The notes under the pieces were generated by a model. The model saw nothing but the letters and a program-made list of their open reading frames with translations. It did not search any database and was not told the origin of the DNA. This document shows positions 27,318 through 35,769 of a stretch of 58,421 bases of DNA, one piece after another. Origin of the DNA: a virus (taxonomy: Duplodnaviria > Caudoviricetes). Location: positions 1 through 58,421 of IMG/VR virus record IMGVR_UViG_3300032284_001308; one strand, 5' to 3'. A program made the translations under genes and the position numbers. Each line of letters starts with the position of its first letter. Positions within the stretch are counted from its first letter, which is position 1.

Positions 27318-28423
27318 CACGACGACGCGCTAACGGCGAGGGCAGTATCTTCAAGGAAAAATCGGGCAGATACAGAATCGCGGTTAGCGTGTGGGTCGAT
27401 GGGAAACGGAAACAGGTGACGCGAACCGCATGGAAACATGCGGACGCGGTCGCCATTCTCAAAACGCTCTGCAACGACAAATCGAACCACAGTCTGTCGA
27501 ATGACCGGCTGACGTTCGGGGTATTTCTGACTCGGTGGCTGGATGATGTCGTTGTCCATCAGCGGTCGTTGAACACGCACAATTCCTATATGCGGACGTG
27601 CAATCGGTATCTGATTCCGCGACTCGGATCGGTGAAACTCTCGGCACTGTCGCCGATGCAGGTCCAATCGTTCCTGGGGGATCTTCAGCGGGAGGACGCG
27701 GGGCCGTCGTCGCGGGAGGCGGCGTACAGGATCGGAAAGACGGCATGTTCTCACGCGGTCAATCTCTGTCTGATGCGGTCGAATCCTTTCGCAAAAGTCG
27801 AGAAGCCGAAATATGTCGCCGAAACAATCAGGCCGTTCACCTTGCAGCAGGCCAAATTGATCTTGAGCGAGACACGCGGCACGAAGTTCCACGTCGTTTA
27901 TGCTCTGGCGTTCTACTGCGGGATGCGTCAGGGCGAAATCTTCGGGCTTCAGTGGGATCGGATCAATTGGGGAGACGGCCAAATCCGGATCGATCAGCAG
28001 TTGCTTGACGTCGAAGGTAGAACGTCGCTGGCGCGACCTAAGACTGCCGGAAGCGTTCGCACGATTGAGATGACGTCCGATTGTCAGCGAGCGTTGAAAG
28101 AGCATCAAGCGATCATGATGAAACTCGGGCACGCAGCATCGAAGCTGCTCGTGGTCGCGCCGAAGGGTGGCCACTTGAGCCGGGCGAACTTCTCGAGAAC
28201 TGTTTGGAAACCGCTCTTGGAACATCTGGCGATCGAGTATCGGGGTTTGCATCATGCGAGGCACACATACGCAACCTTGGCATTGGGTGCGGGTGTGCCT
28301 ATCGCAACGGTCGCCAAAAACCTCGGACACTCCAAAGTCACGACGACTCTAAACACGTACAGCCACGCGATTAAAAGCCATGAGATCGATTCTGTGAATA
28401 AGATCCAGAAACTTTTCGGCTGA
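27314..28423 (+). CDS. int: Tyrosine integrase
   Basis: RRANGEGSI arm domain, GMRQGE, PKT, HHARHT, LGHS, Y. Confidence 0.97.
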   Translation: MTRRRANGEGSIFKEKSGRYRIAVSVWVDGKRKQVTRTAWKHADAVAILKTLCNDKSNHSLSNDRLTFGVFLTRWLDDVVVHQRSLNTHNSYMRTCNRYLIPRLGSVKLSALSPMQVQSFLGDLQREDAGPSSREAAYRIGKTACSHAVNLCLMRSNPFAKVEKPKYVAETIRPFTLQQAKLILSETRGTKFHVVYALAFYCGMRQGEIFGLQWDRINWGDGQIRIDQQLLDVEGRTSLARPKTAGSVRTIEMTSDCQRALKEHQAIMMKLGHAASKLLVVAPKGGHLSRANFSRTVWKPLLEHLAIEYRGLHHARHTYATLALGAGVPIATVAKNLGHSKVTTTLNTYSHAIKSHEIDSVNKIQKLFG

Positions 28424-28660
28424 CGTGACTACCCGACTACTCCAGACGGATCGAAAAAACGCTGGAAACAAGCGGAAAACACGCGATAACAAGGTATCTT
28501 CCAGATATGTAAACGCCGTAAACCGTTGTCCGTCGTTGTCTCGCAAACTTGACGCGAATACCGTGAAAACACGAGCGAAACCGCGATTCGACACCGACAA
28601 CGATTGCAATCTACGGACGCGCCGTGACTACCTCCGCGACTACCTCCGCGACTACCTGCG
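28424..28660. other. Putative attP with arm-type GACTAC repeats
   Basis: GACTAC at 28427, 28435 and 12-bp tandem at 28626, 28638, 28650, directly after int. Confidence 0.65.
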
Positions 28661-28879
28661 GAAACAAGTCAGACAACGCGACATCTACGGGAAGTACAAA
28701 AAACCTGTCAACGCTAAATCACGGACAAGCGTGGAGTGATCTGGACAAAAAGCATGTCTAAAAATCATCAGAAGGACACAAACGGACAAAACACGAGCAC
28801 GTCAAAAAACGTGGTGTACAACCCGCCCATCGCAAACGACAGCAAACGCTGAACAACGCGAAACGCAAAGGGTGAGGCA

Positions 28880-29122
28880 ATGACAACGATGACAAAACGA
28901 CCGGCGGTCTACGGAAGCGATGCCGACGAATCGCACGGTTACAAGTTCGGGGTCGATGGACTTCTGACTCCTGAAGATGCTGGCAAATATCTGGCCGTGA
29001 GCGGTCGCCAACTGGATCGGCTTGCGGCTGACGGAAAGATTCGCAAAGGACTCATGCCAAGCGGTGTTCGCCGGTTCTGCAAGCGGTCTGTCGAGAACTT
29101 CGCGCAATCATTGGAGAAGTGA
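28880..29122 (+). CDS. Excisionase-like HTH protein
   Basis: LLTPEDAGKYLAVS...L..DGKI...RRF. Confidence 0.8.
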   Translation: MTTMTKRPAVYGSDADESHGYKFGVDGLLTPEDAGKYLAVSGRQLDRLAADGKIRKGLMPSGVRRFCKRSVENFAQSLEK

Positions 29123-29313
29123 CCATGAACGCATCCGAGCAGTACCGTGAATTCCACAGAAAAGCGATATCCGAGTGTGTCCGCAAAAAGGGCCAACCTC
29201 GCAAGTTGATAACGCGGCAACAGGTCGAGTACCTGGAACGGCACAACGACATCGAGCCACGTTCAGAACTGCGAGTCGAGGTCGGCAACGAAGACTATTT
29301 TAGTATTAGGTGA
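29119..29313 (+). CDS. Hypothetical protein
   Basis: Overlapping operonic ORF. Confidence 0.55.
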   Translation: MTMNASEQYREFHRKAISECVRKKGQPRKLITRQQVEYLERHNDIEPRSELRVEVGNEDYFSIR

Positions 29314-29317
29314 GATC

Positions 29318-30001
29318 ATGGTCGGCGAGTTGCCTCTGGTTGTTGAAGCAATTCCTCCGAGGGAAGCCGATCCGTGGATTTTGACAAGACATTACGCACA
29401 TCGAACATGCTCAATTTCGTATGCGTTTGGAGCTTACAGAGACAAGAAGCTGATTGGTGTTGTCACGTATGGAACGCCGTCAAGCTCGCCGCTAAGGAAG
29501 GGAGTTTGCGGTGAAAAATGGTGCGACAAGGTGTTAGAACTGAATCGCCTATGCTGTGAAAACACGCCAAACACGGCTAGCGCTTTGGTAGGAAGATCGC
29601 TGAGATTACTGCCGAAGCCTCGTATTGTCGTTAGTTATGCAGACACGCATCAAGGCCATATCGGATATGTGTATCAGGCAACGAATTTCGTCTATACGGG
29701 GTTGTCAGCGAAGCGAACCGACTGGAAGGTTAAAGGTAAAGAACATCTCCACGGTGCAACGATTGCCGACGAGTCACGAGGGCAGAAAAACCGCGCCGAA
29801 TGGATGCGAGAAAAGTACGGAGATGATTTTTATTTAGAAGATCGACCGCGAAAGCATCGATATGTATTCGTCTGCGGAAGCCGAAAAGACAGGCTAATGA
29901 TTTTAGCAGACCTGAAATATCGCGTGCTACCGTACCCGAAAGGCGAAAGTAGACGATCAAACGCTACAGGGTTAATTGAGACGCAAAACATCTTGTTTTA
30001 A
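29318..30001 (+). CDS. Mom-family adenine modification protein
   Basis: HY, GVVTYG.P, ELNRL, VSYAD..QGHIG.VYQATNF.YTG, KHRY. Confidence 0.85.
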   Translation: MVGELPLVVEAIPPREADPWILTRHYAHRTCSISYAFGAYRDKKLIGVVTYGTPSSSPLRKGVCGEKWCDKVLELNRLCCENTPNTASALVGRSLRLLPKPRIVVSYADTHQGHIGYVYQATNFVYTGLSAKRTDWKVKGKEHLHGATIADESRGQKNRAEWMREKYGDDFYLEDRPRKHRYVFVCGSRKDRLMILADLKYRVLPYPKGESRRSNATGLIETQNILF

Positions 30002-30209
30002 CGCGGAGTTAGGTGAGATCATGGGCACGCTCGCGGCAATTTGGTTTGTGGCCGACGCTGCAATCGTGGCGTTCCTTTGGAAGATAAAGCACTGACGGAA
30101 GCGGTGCAACCGGCGTAGGTCGAATCGGCGAATGAGTCGCTGAGGTAATCCAGCCGGTTTTTGAAACACGTTTTATTGTCTGCGTGGAAGGTACGTTTAC
30201 AGCAAAGGA

Positions 30210-30413
30210 ATGCAAATGTTAGTGCTAGGCAGGGAAGAACAGCAGACGATCTTAATTGGCGACGACATCGTAATCACGGTGGTTCGCGTTAAAGGTCGAG
30301 AGGCTCGGATTGGCATCGAAGCACCGAGACGTATGCGTGTTCTTCGCGGAGAACTGGACCGCGACGATTCACGATCCAGCCGTCCCGCTAACGACAGAAC
30401 GGAGAGCGACTAA
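30210..30413 (+). CDS. csrA: Carbon storage regulator
   Basis: MLVL.R...I.IGDDI.ITVV......RIGIEAP..VLRGEL. Confidence 0.92.
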   Translation: MQMLVLGREEQQTILIGDDIVITVVRVKGREARIGIEAPRRMRVLRGELDRDDSRSSRPANDRTESD

Positions 30414-30498
30414 TGAGCGTGTTCGTGTTCCTCAAGTGCTGTTCGGTTCTCGTTGGCGTGTTGGTTGCGGCTTACAGTCGCGGATTGGGGGAATACCT

Positions 30499-30786
30499 GT
30501 GACGGAATTTGATCAATTAGTGCAAGCCGAACGAGAAATCACGGACGCACTGATCGCGGTATTGAAACAAGAACTATCAGACGAGCGATTGAAGCGGCTC
30601 GAACGCGACAAGGAGATCGGGGCACTGAACTACAAAGTCGGATACCTCGAAACGCGATTGCGGCAAGTCGATCCGCAATGGGTCGAGACGTTCGACGAGT
30701 GCCGATGCGAGGGCCAAGGTCGATGCCGTGTCTGCGGTGGTACCGGGATCAAGGTCAGCAGTTACATGGAAACAACGCCGCGCTAG
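30499..30786 (+). CDS. Hypothetical protein, coiled coil plus CxxCxGxG zinc finger
   Basis: CRCEGQGRCRVCGGTG. Confidence 0.6.
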   Translation: MTEFDQLVQAEREITDALIAVLKQELSDERLKRLERDKEIGALNYKVGYLETRLRQVDPQWVETFDECRCEGQGRCRVCGGTGIKVSSYMETTPR

Positions 30787-30915
30787 CCGGAGGGAAGACC
30801 GAAAAGCTGGCCTGACATATTACCTCGAAAGGGATGATTGTCTGAAGGCAGGCTGGCCGTTAGTGCGGCGTTTTTTGAATTCACCGAGTCTGCCAGGTAG
30901 TTAAGGCCGTTTGCC

Positions 30916-31131
30916 ATGATTGAAGGATTCGGAATTCGATTGAGAGACATTAGGGAGGGGAAGTGTTGGTCTCAGGCATATTTAGCGGAAAAAGTTGGGA
31001 CGCAACAACAAAATGTTTACAAGTGGGAGAAAGAGAAAGACATCCCGTCCACGAGGTATCTGATCAAAATCTGCATAGCCTTGGGCGTAAGTTCAGATGA
31101 GTTACTCGGATTGAAAGTGGTTGCAAGATGA
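30916..31131 (+). CDS. XRE/Cro-family HTH protein
   Basis: WSQAYLAEKVG...YKWE...P...I..ALGVSSDELLG. Confidence 0.9.
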   Translation: MIEGFGIRLRDIREGKCWSQAYLAEKVGTQQQNVYKWEKEKDIPSTRYLIKICIALGVSSDELLGLKVVAR

Positions 31132-31328
31132 ATGCCGAATGGAACGACGCTCCTAGCAGCAGCGGGTGGTGGTGGATGTTCACTCCGAAAACAAACGGCG
31201 TTCACCCTGTACATGTGTTTGCGCTAAGTGAGATTTCACTGCGATGCTATGCAGGATGCAAATGGATGAAGCTGGAACCTCCTTCGGTTCCGCAAGTTGA
31301 AACTGAAACAACAGACCGCAGCGACTGA
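31128..31328 (+). CDS. Hypothetical protein
   Basis: W...P..GWWW...W..LEPP pattern; ATGA overlap. Confidence 0.6.
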   Translation: MNAEWNDAPSSSGWWWMFTPKTNGVHPVHVFALSEISLRCYAGCKWMKLEPPSVPQVETETTDRSD

Positions 31329-31431
31329 TAAGCGGTGTAGCTGATGCAGTTCCTCGACCGTGCAGGGCATCCAACGGAAGGGACGTTCTGAGGAACACGG
31401 TTACGTTGCGGCGTTTTTTATTGGGGGCGTG

Positions 31432-31629
31432 ATGGACAGGTATCGAATCACAATCAAGAGCCTGGCACTGATCCCGGAATCGGCTCACGTCGAGATCGGG
31501 GTTGCGATTCCGAACACGAGTTTCGAATCGTGCGTGCAGTGGTCGCGGTCGCTGTTACCGCTCGAAGGAACGTATCTGGTGACGGTTGTTAGCAAGGGAT
31601 TCGTTCATAAGGACACGATCCGAAAATGA
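31432..31629 (+). CDS. Hypothetical protein
   Basis: G-rich RBS, overlap with next gene. Confidence 0.55.
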   Translation: MDRYRITIKSLALIPESAHVEIGVAIPNTSFESCVQWSRSLLPLEGTYLVTVVSKGFVHKDTIRK

Positions 31630-32090
31630 ACCGCGAATCATACCGTAAAAAGATGATGGATCAGTATCGCGCCGTGTTCGGTTACGAGTGCCAAGTCTCT
31701 GAGATCATGGGGTTTGGTAAACAGCCGGGTCGGGAAGTTCATCACATTTTCGGGCGTTCGACAGCGAACTGGAAAACGGACTGGTTTTGCAACTTGTGCT
31801 GGGTGTCGATTGGTTGCCACAGAACGGGACACGACTTCAACCCGAATCATTTAGAGATCGCGTGCCTGTTGTCGGCGGTGCGTCACGAACAGCAAGCGAG
31901 AGCGTTACGCGTGCCACCAATCGGCGAGGATCTGATGCGGTGGAACTTGCAAGCGATGAACGTGAATTGCGGTTGCATCGACTTAGCAGGGCGTGTCGGC
32001 GGGATACTGATCGACCGCGTTGCAGGTGATTCAAAGTATGTGCGGTATTGCGAAGAGATATTGGAATTTATCGAGAAGGAGAACGCATGA
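31626..32090 (+). CDS. HNH/Ref-like nuclease
   Basis: EVHHIFGR...NL...CHRTGH. Confidence 0.6.
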   Translation: MNRESYRKKMMDQYRAVFGYECQVSEIMGFGKQPGREVHHIFGRSTANWKTDWFCNLCWVSIGCHRTGHDFNPNHLEIACLLSAVRHEQQARALRVPPIGEDLMRWNLQAMNVNCGCIDLAGRVGGILIDRVAGDSKYVRYCEEILEFIEKENA

Positions 32091-32446
32091 ACGTCGAGAT
32101 TGATGCCGGTGTTGTGCCGGATGGGTATGAGCCGGTGAGGGTTGGATCTCCGAAAAACGGCGAACAGTTCGTATCTATCAATCAGGAAGTGTTCGATTGC
32201 TACGATGAAAAATGCTTACATAAATGTCCGCGTCTGATCGTCCGCAAGGTATGGAAGCCGGAGATCAGCATTCCAAAAGGATGGTTCGTCTACAAGTCAC
32301 GCGGCGATGGCGGATGGTATGCCACGCCAAACGAGCCAAGGGAGCTTTGCGGCGGATATGTTTCAGAGACCAAAGCCCGGATATATCCATTAAGCGAACT
32401 TTGTTTTGTGCCACCACCAGACGGCAAGCCACGGCAGATTGTGTGA
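32087..32446 (+). CDS. Hypothetical protein
   Basis: AAGGAG RBS. Confidence 0.65.
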   Translation: MNVEIDAGVVPDGYEPVRVGSPKNGEQFVSINQEVFDCYDEKCLHKCPRLIVRKVWKPEISIPKGWFVYKSRGDGGWYATPNEPRELCGGYVSETKARIYPLSELCFVPPPDGKPRQIV

Positions 32447-32479
32447 CTGATTCGAGATTTCTCAAAGGACTGACAGCGA

Positions 32480-33418
32480 ATGAAAACGGTTGAATCAAAA
32501 GTGCTGACGGCGGATGACAAGAATGTGAATAGGGAGTTCCAAAAAGAACTTGCATTCATCCGCGACACGTCAAAGGAAGTTGACAAGCTCGATACGCAGA
32601 TCGTGGTGTCGTTGATCCGCATCCGTGACGAGAAATTGTATCGCGGAATGTATAAGAGTTTCGAGGATGCGTGCCGCGCTGAGCTGCGGATTGAGAAGTC
32701 GGAATGGTCTCGAAAACTGATCGCGGTTGAGGCTGCGGAGGCGATCAAAACTTCCCCTAAAGGGGAAGTTTTGCTCAAGGAATTGGACCTGAATCGGGCG
32801 CAGATTCTAGAGCTTGCGAACAACACGGACGACGTGGAATCGCAGGTAAAAGTGCTGCAACACATCAAAGATTCAGCATTAGAGCCGACTGCAAAACTGG
32901 TCAAAAGCGTTTGCGACGAACTTCTCCCGCCGACGAACGCGAGCCAGGAAGAGAAGGCAGAAAAGAAACGGGCGGCGGCTGCGGAACGGAAGCGACTTGC
33001 GGAAGAATCGAGGGCGGCAAAGGCTGAAGAAAAAAGACTCGCAGCCGAAAAGAAAGCAGCGGAAAAGGCGGCTGCGAAACAGGCCAGGGAAGCGGCAAAG
33101 CGTGCGTCTGGGGAAGCACCATCGGAACCAGTATCGCAATTCAACCCGGAAACGTTCGAGGAAAATCGCTCAGAACTTCCCGACGCAAAACTACGCCAGC
33201 GGATCGAGGGCGGATTAGCTGATCTGGCCGATAACATTCGAGGCGATCTGAAGCTGGTTGAGCGGACGATGAACGAGGTTGACGCATTCCACTCAAAAAC
33301 GGCGATGTCGAATCACAAAGCCTTCTGCGCGACGTTCCATCGAATCCACAACGAATTGACGACGGCGATTGAAACGGCTGTTCAGTGGGAACGAGCATGG
33401 AAAGCGGGGACTAAGTGA
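32480..33418 (+). CDS. Putative DNA-binding protein (DUF3102-like N-terminus)
   Basis: LIRIRDEKLYR..YKSFED.C..EL...S...R.. motif; AEK-rich coiled coil. Confidence 0.65.
   Translation: MKTVESKVLTADDKNVNREFQKELAFIRDTSKEVDKLDTQIVVSLIRIRDEKLYRGMYKSFEDACRAELRIEKSEWSRKLIAVEAAEAIKTSPKGEVLLKELDLNRAQILELANNTDDVESQVKVLQHIKDSALEPTAKLVKSVCDELLPPTNASQEEKAEKKRAAAAERKRLAEESRAAKAEEKRLAAEKKAAEKAAAKQAREAAKRASGEAPSEPVSQFNPETFEENRSELPDAKLRQRIEGGLADLADNIRGDLKLVERTMNEVDAFHSKTAMSNHKAFCATFHRIHNELTTAIETAVQWERAWKAGTK
32746..32773. repeat. Intragenic palindrome CAAAACTTCCCCT-AA-AGGGGAAGTTTTG
   Basis: Perfect 13-bp arms; encodes KTSPKGEVL. Confidence 0.9.
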
Positions 33419-34803
33419 GTGACTATCGCGAGTTCATAGCACGGAAGCAGCAGGGTGGAAACGCGAACGGGTTTGAGCCGTCATTTATTCCTGAATGCAT
33501 GTTCCCGTTTCAAAAGCATCTTACGATGTGGGCAATCAGACAGGGCCGCGCGGCGTTGTTTGAGGATTGTGGCCTCGGAAAAACGCTTCAGGAGTTGGTG
33601 TTCGCGGAAAATTGTATCCGTCACACGAACCGACCAGCATTGATCCTGACTCCGCTGGCGGTCGCGGCTCAAACGGTTCGCGAAGCGGATAAGTTTGGCA
33701 TCGAGGCTGAGGTGTCTCGGAATGGCAAACCGGCATCGAACATTACTGTCACGAACTATGAATCACTGCATCGGTTTGACGAATCGGATTTCGCGGCGGT
33801 CATAGGTGATGAGATTAGTTGCCTGAAAGCGTTTGACGGCAAGAGACGAAAACAAGTCACGCGGTTCATGTCGAAGATGAAGTATCGTCTCGGTGGGACG
33901 GCGACGGCAGCGCCGAATGACTTCATCGAGTTGGGAACTATTGCTGAAGCGTTGGGCGAAATGACGCAATCCGATATGCTCGGGACGTTCTTTCTGTCGA
34001 GTGATAAGAAGCGGCATTCGCTGTTCAAGGAAGGTGACTTTTGGAACCGTGCCAAATACTTTTTCCGCGCTCATGCAGAACAGCCGTTTTGGAAGTGGGT
34101 GTGTTCGTGGGCTAGGGCGATCAGGAACCCTAGCGATCTTGGTTTTGATGATGATCGGTTTATTCTTCCCGAACTGATAGTCAATCAACAGGTCGTTGAA
34201 ACTACATTTCGATTCAATGGTGAATTGTTCGTGAGGATTGCCAGAACGCTGAAAGAGCAGCGGGAAGAACGCAAACGATCAATGCAGGATCGGTGCGAAC
34301 GAGTCGCCAAACTGGTTGACCATAAGGAACCCGCTCTCGTTTGGTGTCAGTATAACGAGGAGGGCGACATCCTCGAAAAGATGATACCAGGAGCGGTTCA
34401 GGTCGCTGGATGCAATAGCGACGATGAAAAAGCAGAACGACTGAACGGCTTCGCAACTGGTGAATTCCGGGTGCTCGTGACGAAACCGAAAATTGGTGCT
34501 TTTGGGATGAACTATCAGCACTGCGGGCATCAGACGTTCTTTCCAAGCCATTCGTTCGAACAGTGGTATCAGTGCGTGAGAAGGTCGTTGCGGTTCGGTC
34601 GAGTCGGGCCGGTTCGAGTCGATGTCGTTGCGACTGAGGGCGAAGCGGGAGTGACGGACAATTTGCAGGTGAAACAAGCCAAGGCGGACAGGATGTTTGC
34701 GAAACTCGTTCGGTACATGAACGACGCACAGAAGGTGACGCTTGTTGACAACTATACTAATCAAATGGGAGTACCATCATGGCTATCGCTGAACAATGCC
34801 TGA
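33415..34803 (+). CDS. SNF2-like SF2 helicase
   Basis: CGLGKT, DEIS, TATAAPND, FGMNYQ, RSLRFG. Confidence 0.9.
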   Translation: MSDYREFIARKQQGGNANGFEPSFIPECMFPFQKHLTMWAIRQGRAALFEDCGLGKTLQELVFAENCIRHTNRPALILTPLAVAAQTVREADKFGIEAEVSRNGKPASNITVTNYESLHRFDESDFAAVIGDEISCLKAFDGKRRKQVTRFMSKMKYRLGGTATAAPNDFIELGTIAEALGEMTQSDMLGTFFLSSDKKRHSLFKEGDFWNRAKYFFRAHAEQPFWKWVCSWARAIRNPSDLGFDDDRFILPELIVNQQVVETTFRFNGELFVRIARTLKEQREERKRSMQDRCERVAKLVDHKEPALVWCQYNEEGDILEKMIPGAVQVAGCNSDDEKAERLNGFATGEFRVLVTKPKIGAFGMNYQHCGHQTFFPSHSFEQWYQCVRRSLRFGRVGPVRVDVVATEGEAGVTDNLQVKQAKADRMFAKLVRYMNDAQKVTLVDNYTNQMGVPSWLSLNNA

Positions 34804-35768
34804 CCGACGAATACGCTATTTACAACGCGGACTGCATGGAAGTACTGCCGGAGATTCCAGCAGAGTCGATTGACTTCACGATTTACTCTCCGCCGTTCCC
34901 GTTGATGTATGCTTACTCGAATGATCCGCGTGACATGTCGAACTGCACGTCGTATCAGGAAGGACTTGACCAGTATCAGTACGTCGTGAATGAGATTCAT
35001 CGGCTCACGAAGCCAGGACGGTTGACAGCCGTTCACTGCATGGACTTGCCAAAGTCGAAACTTACTAAAAACCCGTTTCCGGAAGATATCACGAGAGCAC
35101 ACATCAAAGCGGGATTCCATTACGACTGCACGATCACGATCTGGAAAGATCCTTGGTTGATCGCACGACGAACCAGGATGAAGACGCTACGTCACATGGA
35201 CCTTTGCAACGACTCAGCGGGTGTTCAGGTCGGTCCGGCGGATTACATCAAAGTCTTCATCAAGGGTGGGCAAAACGCCGAACCGATTCGACATCCTGAA
35301 GGGCTGAAGACTTACGCTGGTGAGCGTGAAATCCCTGCCGATCTCGTAGCACGGTTCAAGAATTACAAAGGCGATCAGAAAAAGAATCTTCTCAGTCACT
35401 GGATCTGGAGAAACTACGCTTCTCCGGTCTGGATGGACATTCGATTAGGCCGATTGCTTCCCTACATGGACTCTAAAGAGAACGAAGAGGAAAAGCACGT
35501 CTGCCCGTTGCAACTCGACGTTATCGAGCGGTTGTTGACTCTGTATTCAAATCCCGGTGACAAAGTGCTGACGCCGTTTATGGGCGTTGGGTCAGAACCG
35601 TTTCAATCTGTCTCGATGGGTCGTAAGGCTCTGGGCGTGGAGTTGAAACCATCGTATTACCGGCAGGCTAAAAAGAACCTCGAAGCGTGCAATGCTGGTG
35701 CGGAGATTCCGGTTGAGGCGTCGCTCTTAGATTTCATGGACGAAGAATCCGAGTTGCAGGAAGTTTGA
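34779..35768 (+). CDS. DNA methyltransferase (N4-C/N6-A, beta class)
   Basis: SPPF motif IV, KHVCPLQ, VLTPFMGVGS, GVELK. Confidence 0.92.
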   Translation: MAIAEQCLTDEYAIYNADCMEVLPEIPAESIDFTIYSPPFPLMYAYSNDPRDMSNCTSYQEGLDQYQYVVNEIHRLTKPGRLTAVHCMDLPKSKLTKNPFPEDITRAHIKAGFHYDCTITIWKDPWLIARRTRMKTLRHMDLCNDSAGVQVGPADYIKVFIKGGQNAEPIRHPEGLKTYAGEREIPADLVARFKNYKGDQKKNLLSHWIWRNYASPVWMDIRLGRLLPYMDSKENEEEKHVCPLQLDVIERLLTLYSNPGDKVLTPFMGVGSEPFQSVSMGRKALGVELKPSYYRQAKKNLEACNAGAEIPVEASLLDFMDEESELQEV

Positions 35769-35769
35769 G

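Noticed and set aside
27044-28330. 428-aa minus-strand ORF
   Set aside because: Antisense shadow of the integrase with no recognisable motifs
28623-28660. 12-bp tandem repeat as CRISPR, or RDYL coding repeat of ORF 28425-28739
   Set aside because: No spacers or cas genes; better explained as integrase arm sites
31332-31345. tRNA-like start GCGGTGTAGCT
   Set aside because: No T arm or cloverleaf; pairs as a long stem instead
32290-33237. 315-aa minus-strand ORF
   Set aside because: Shadow of the AEK-rich plus-strand gene
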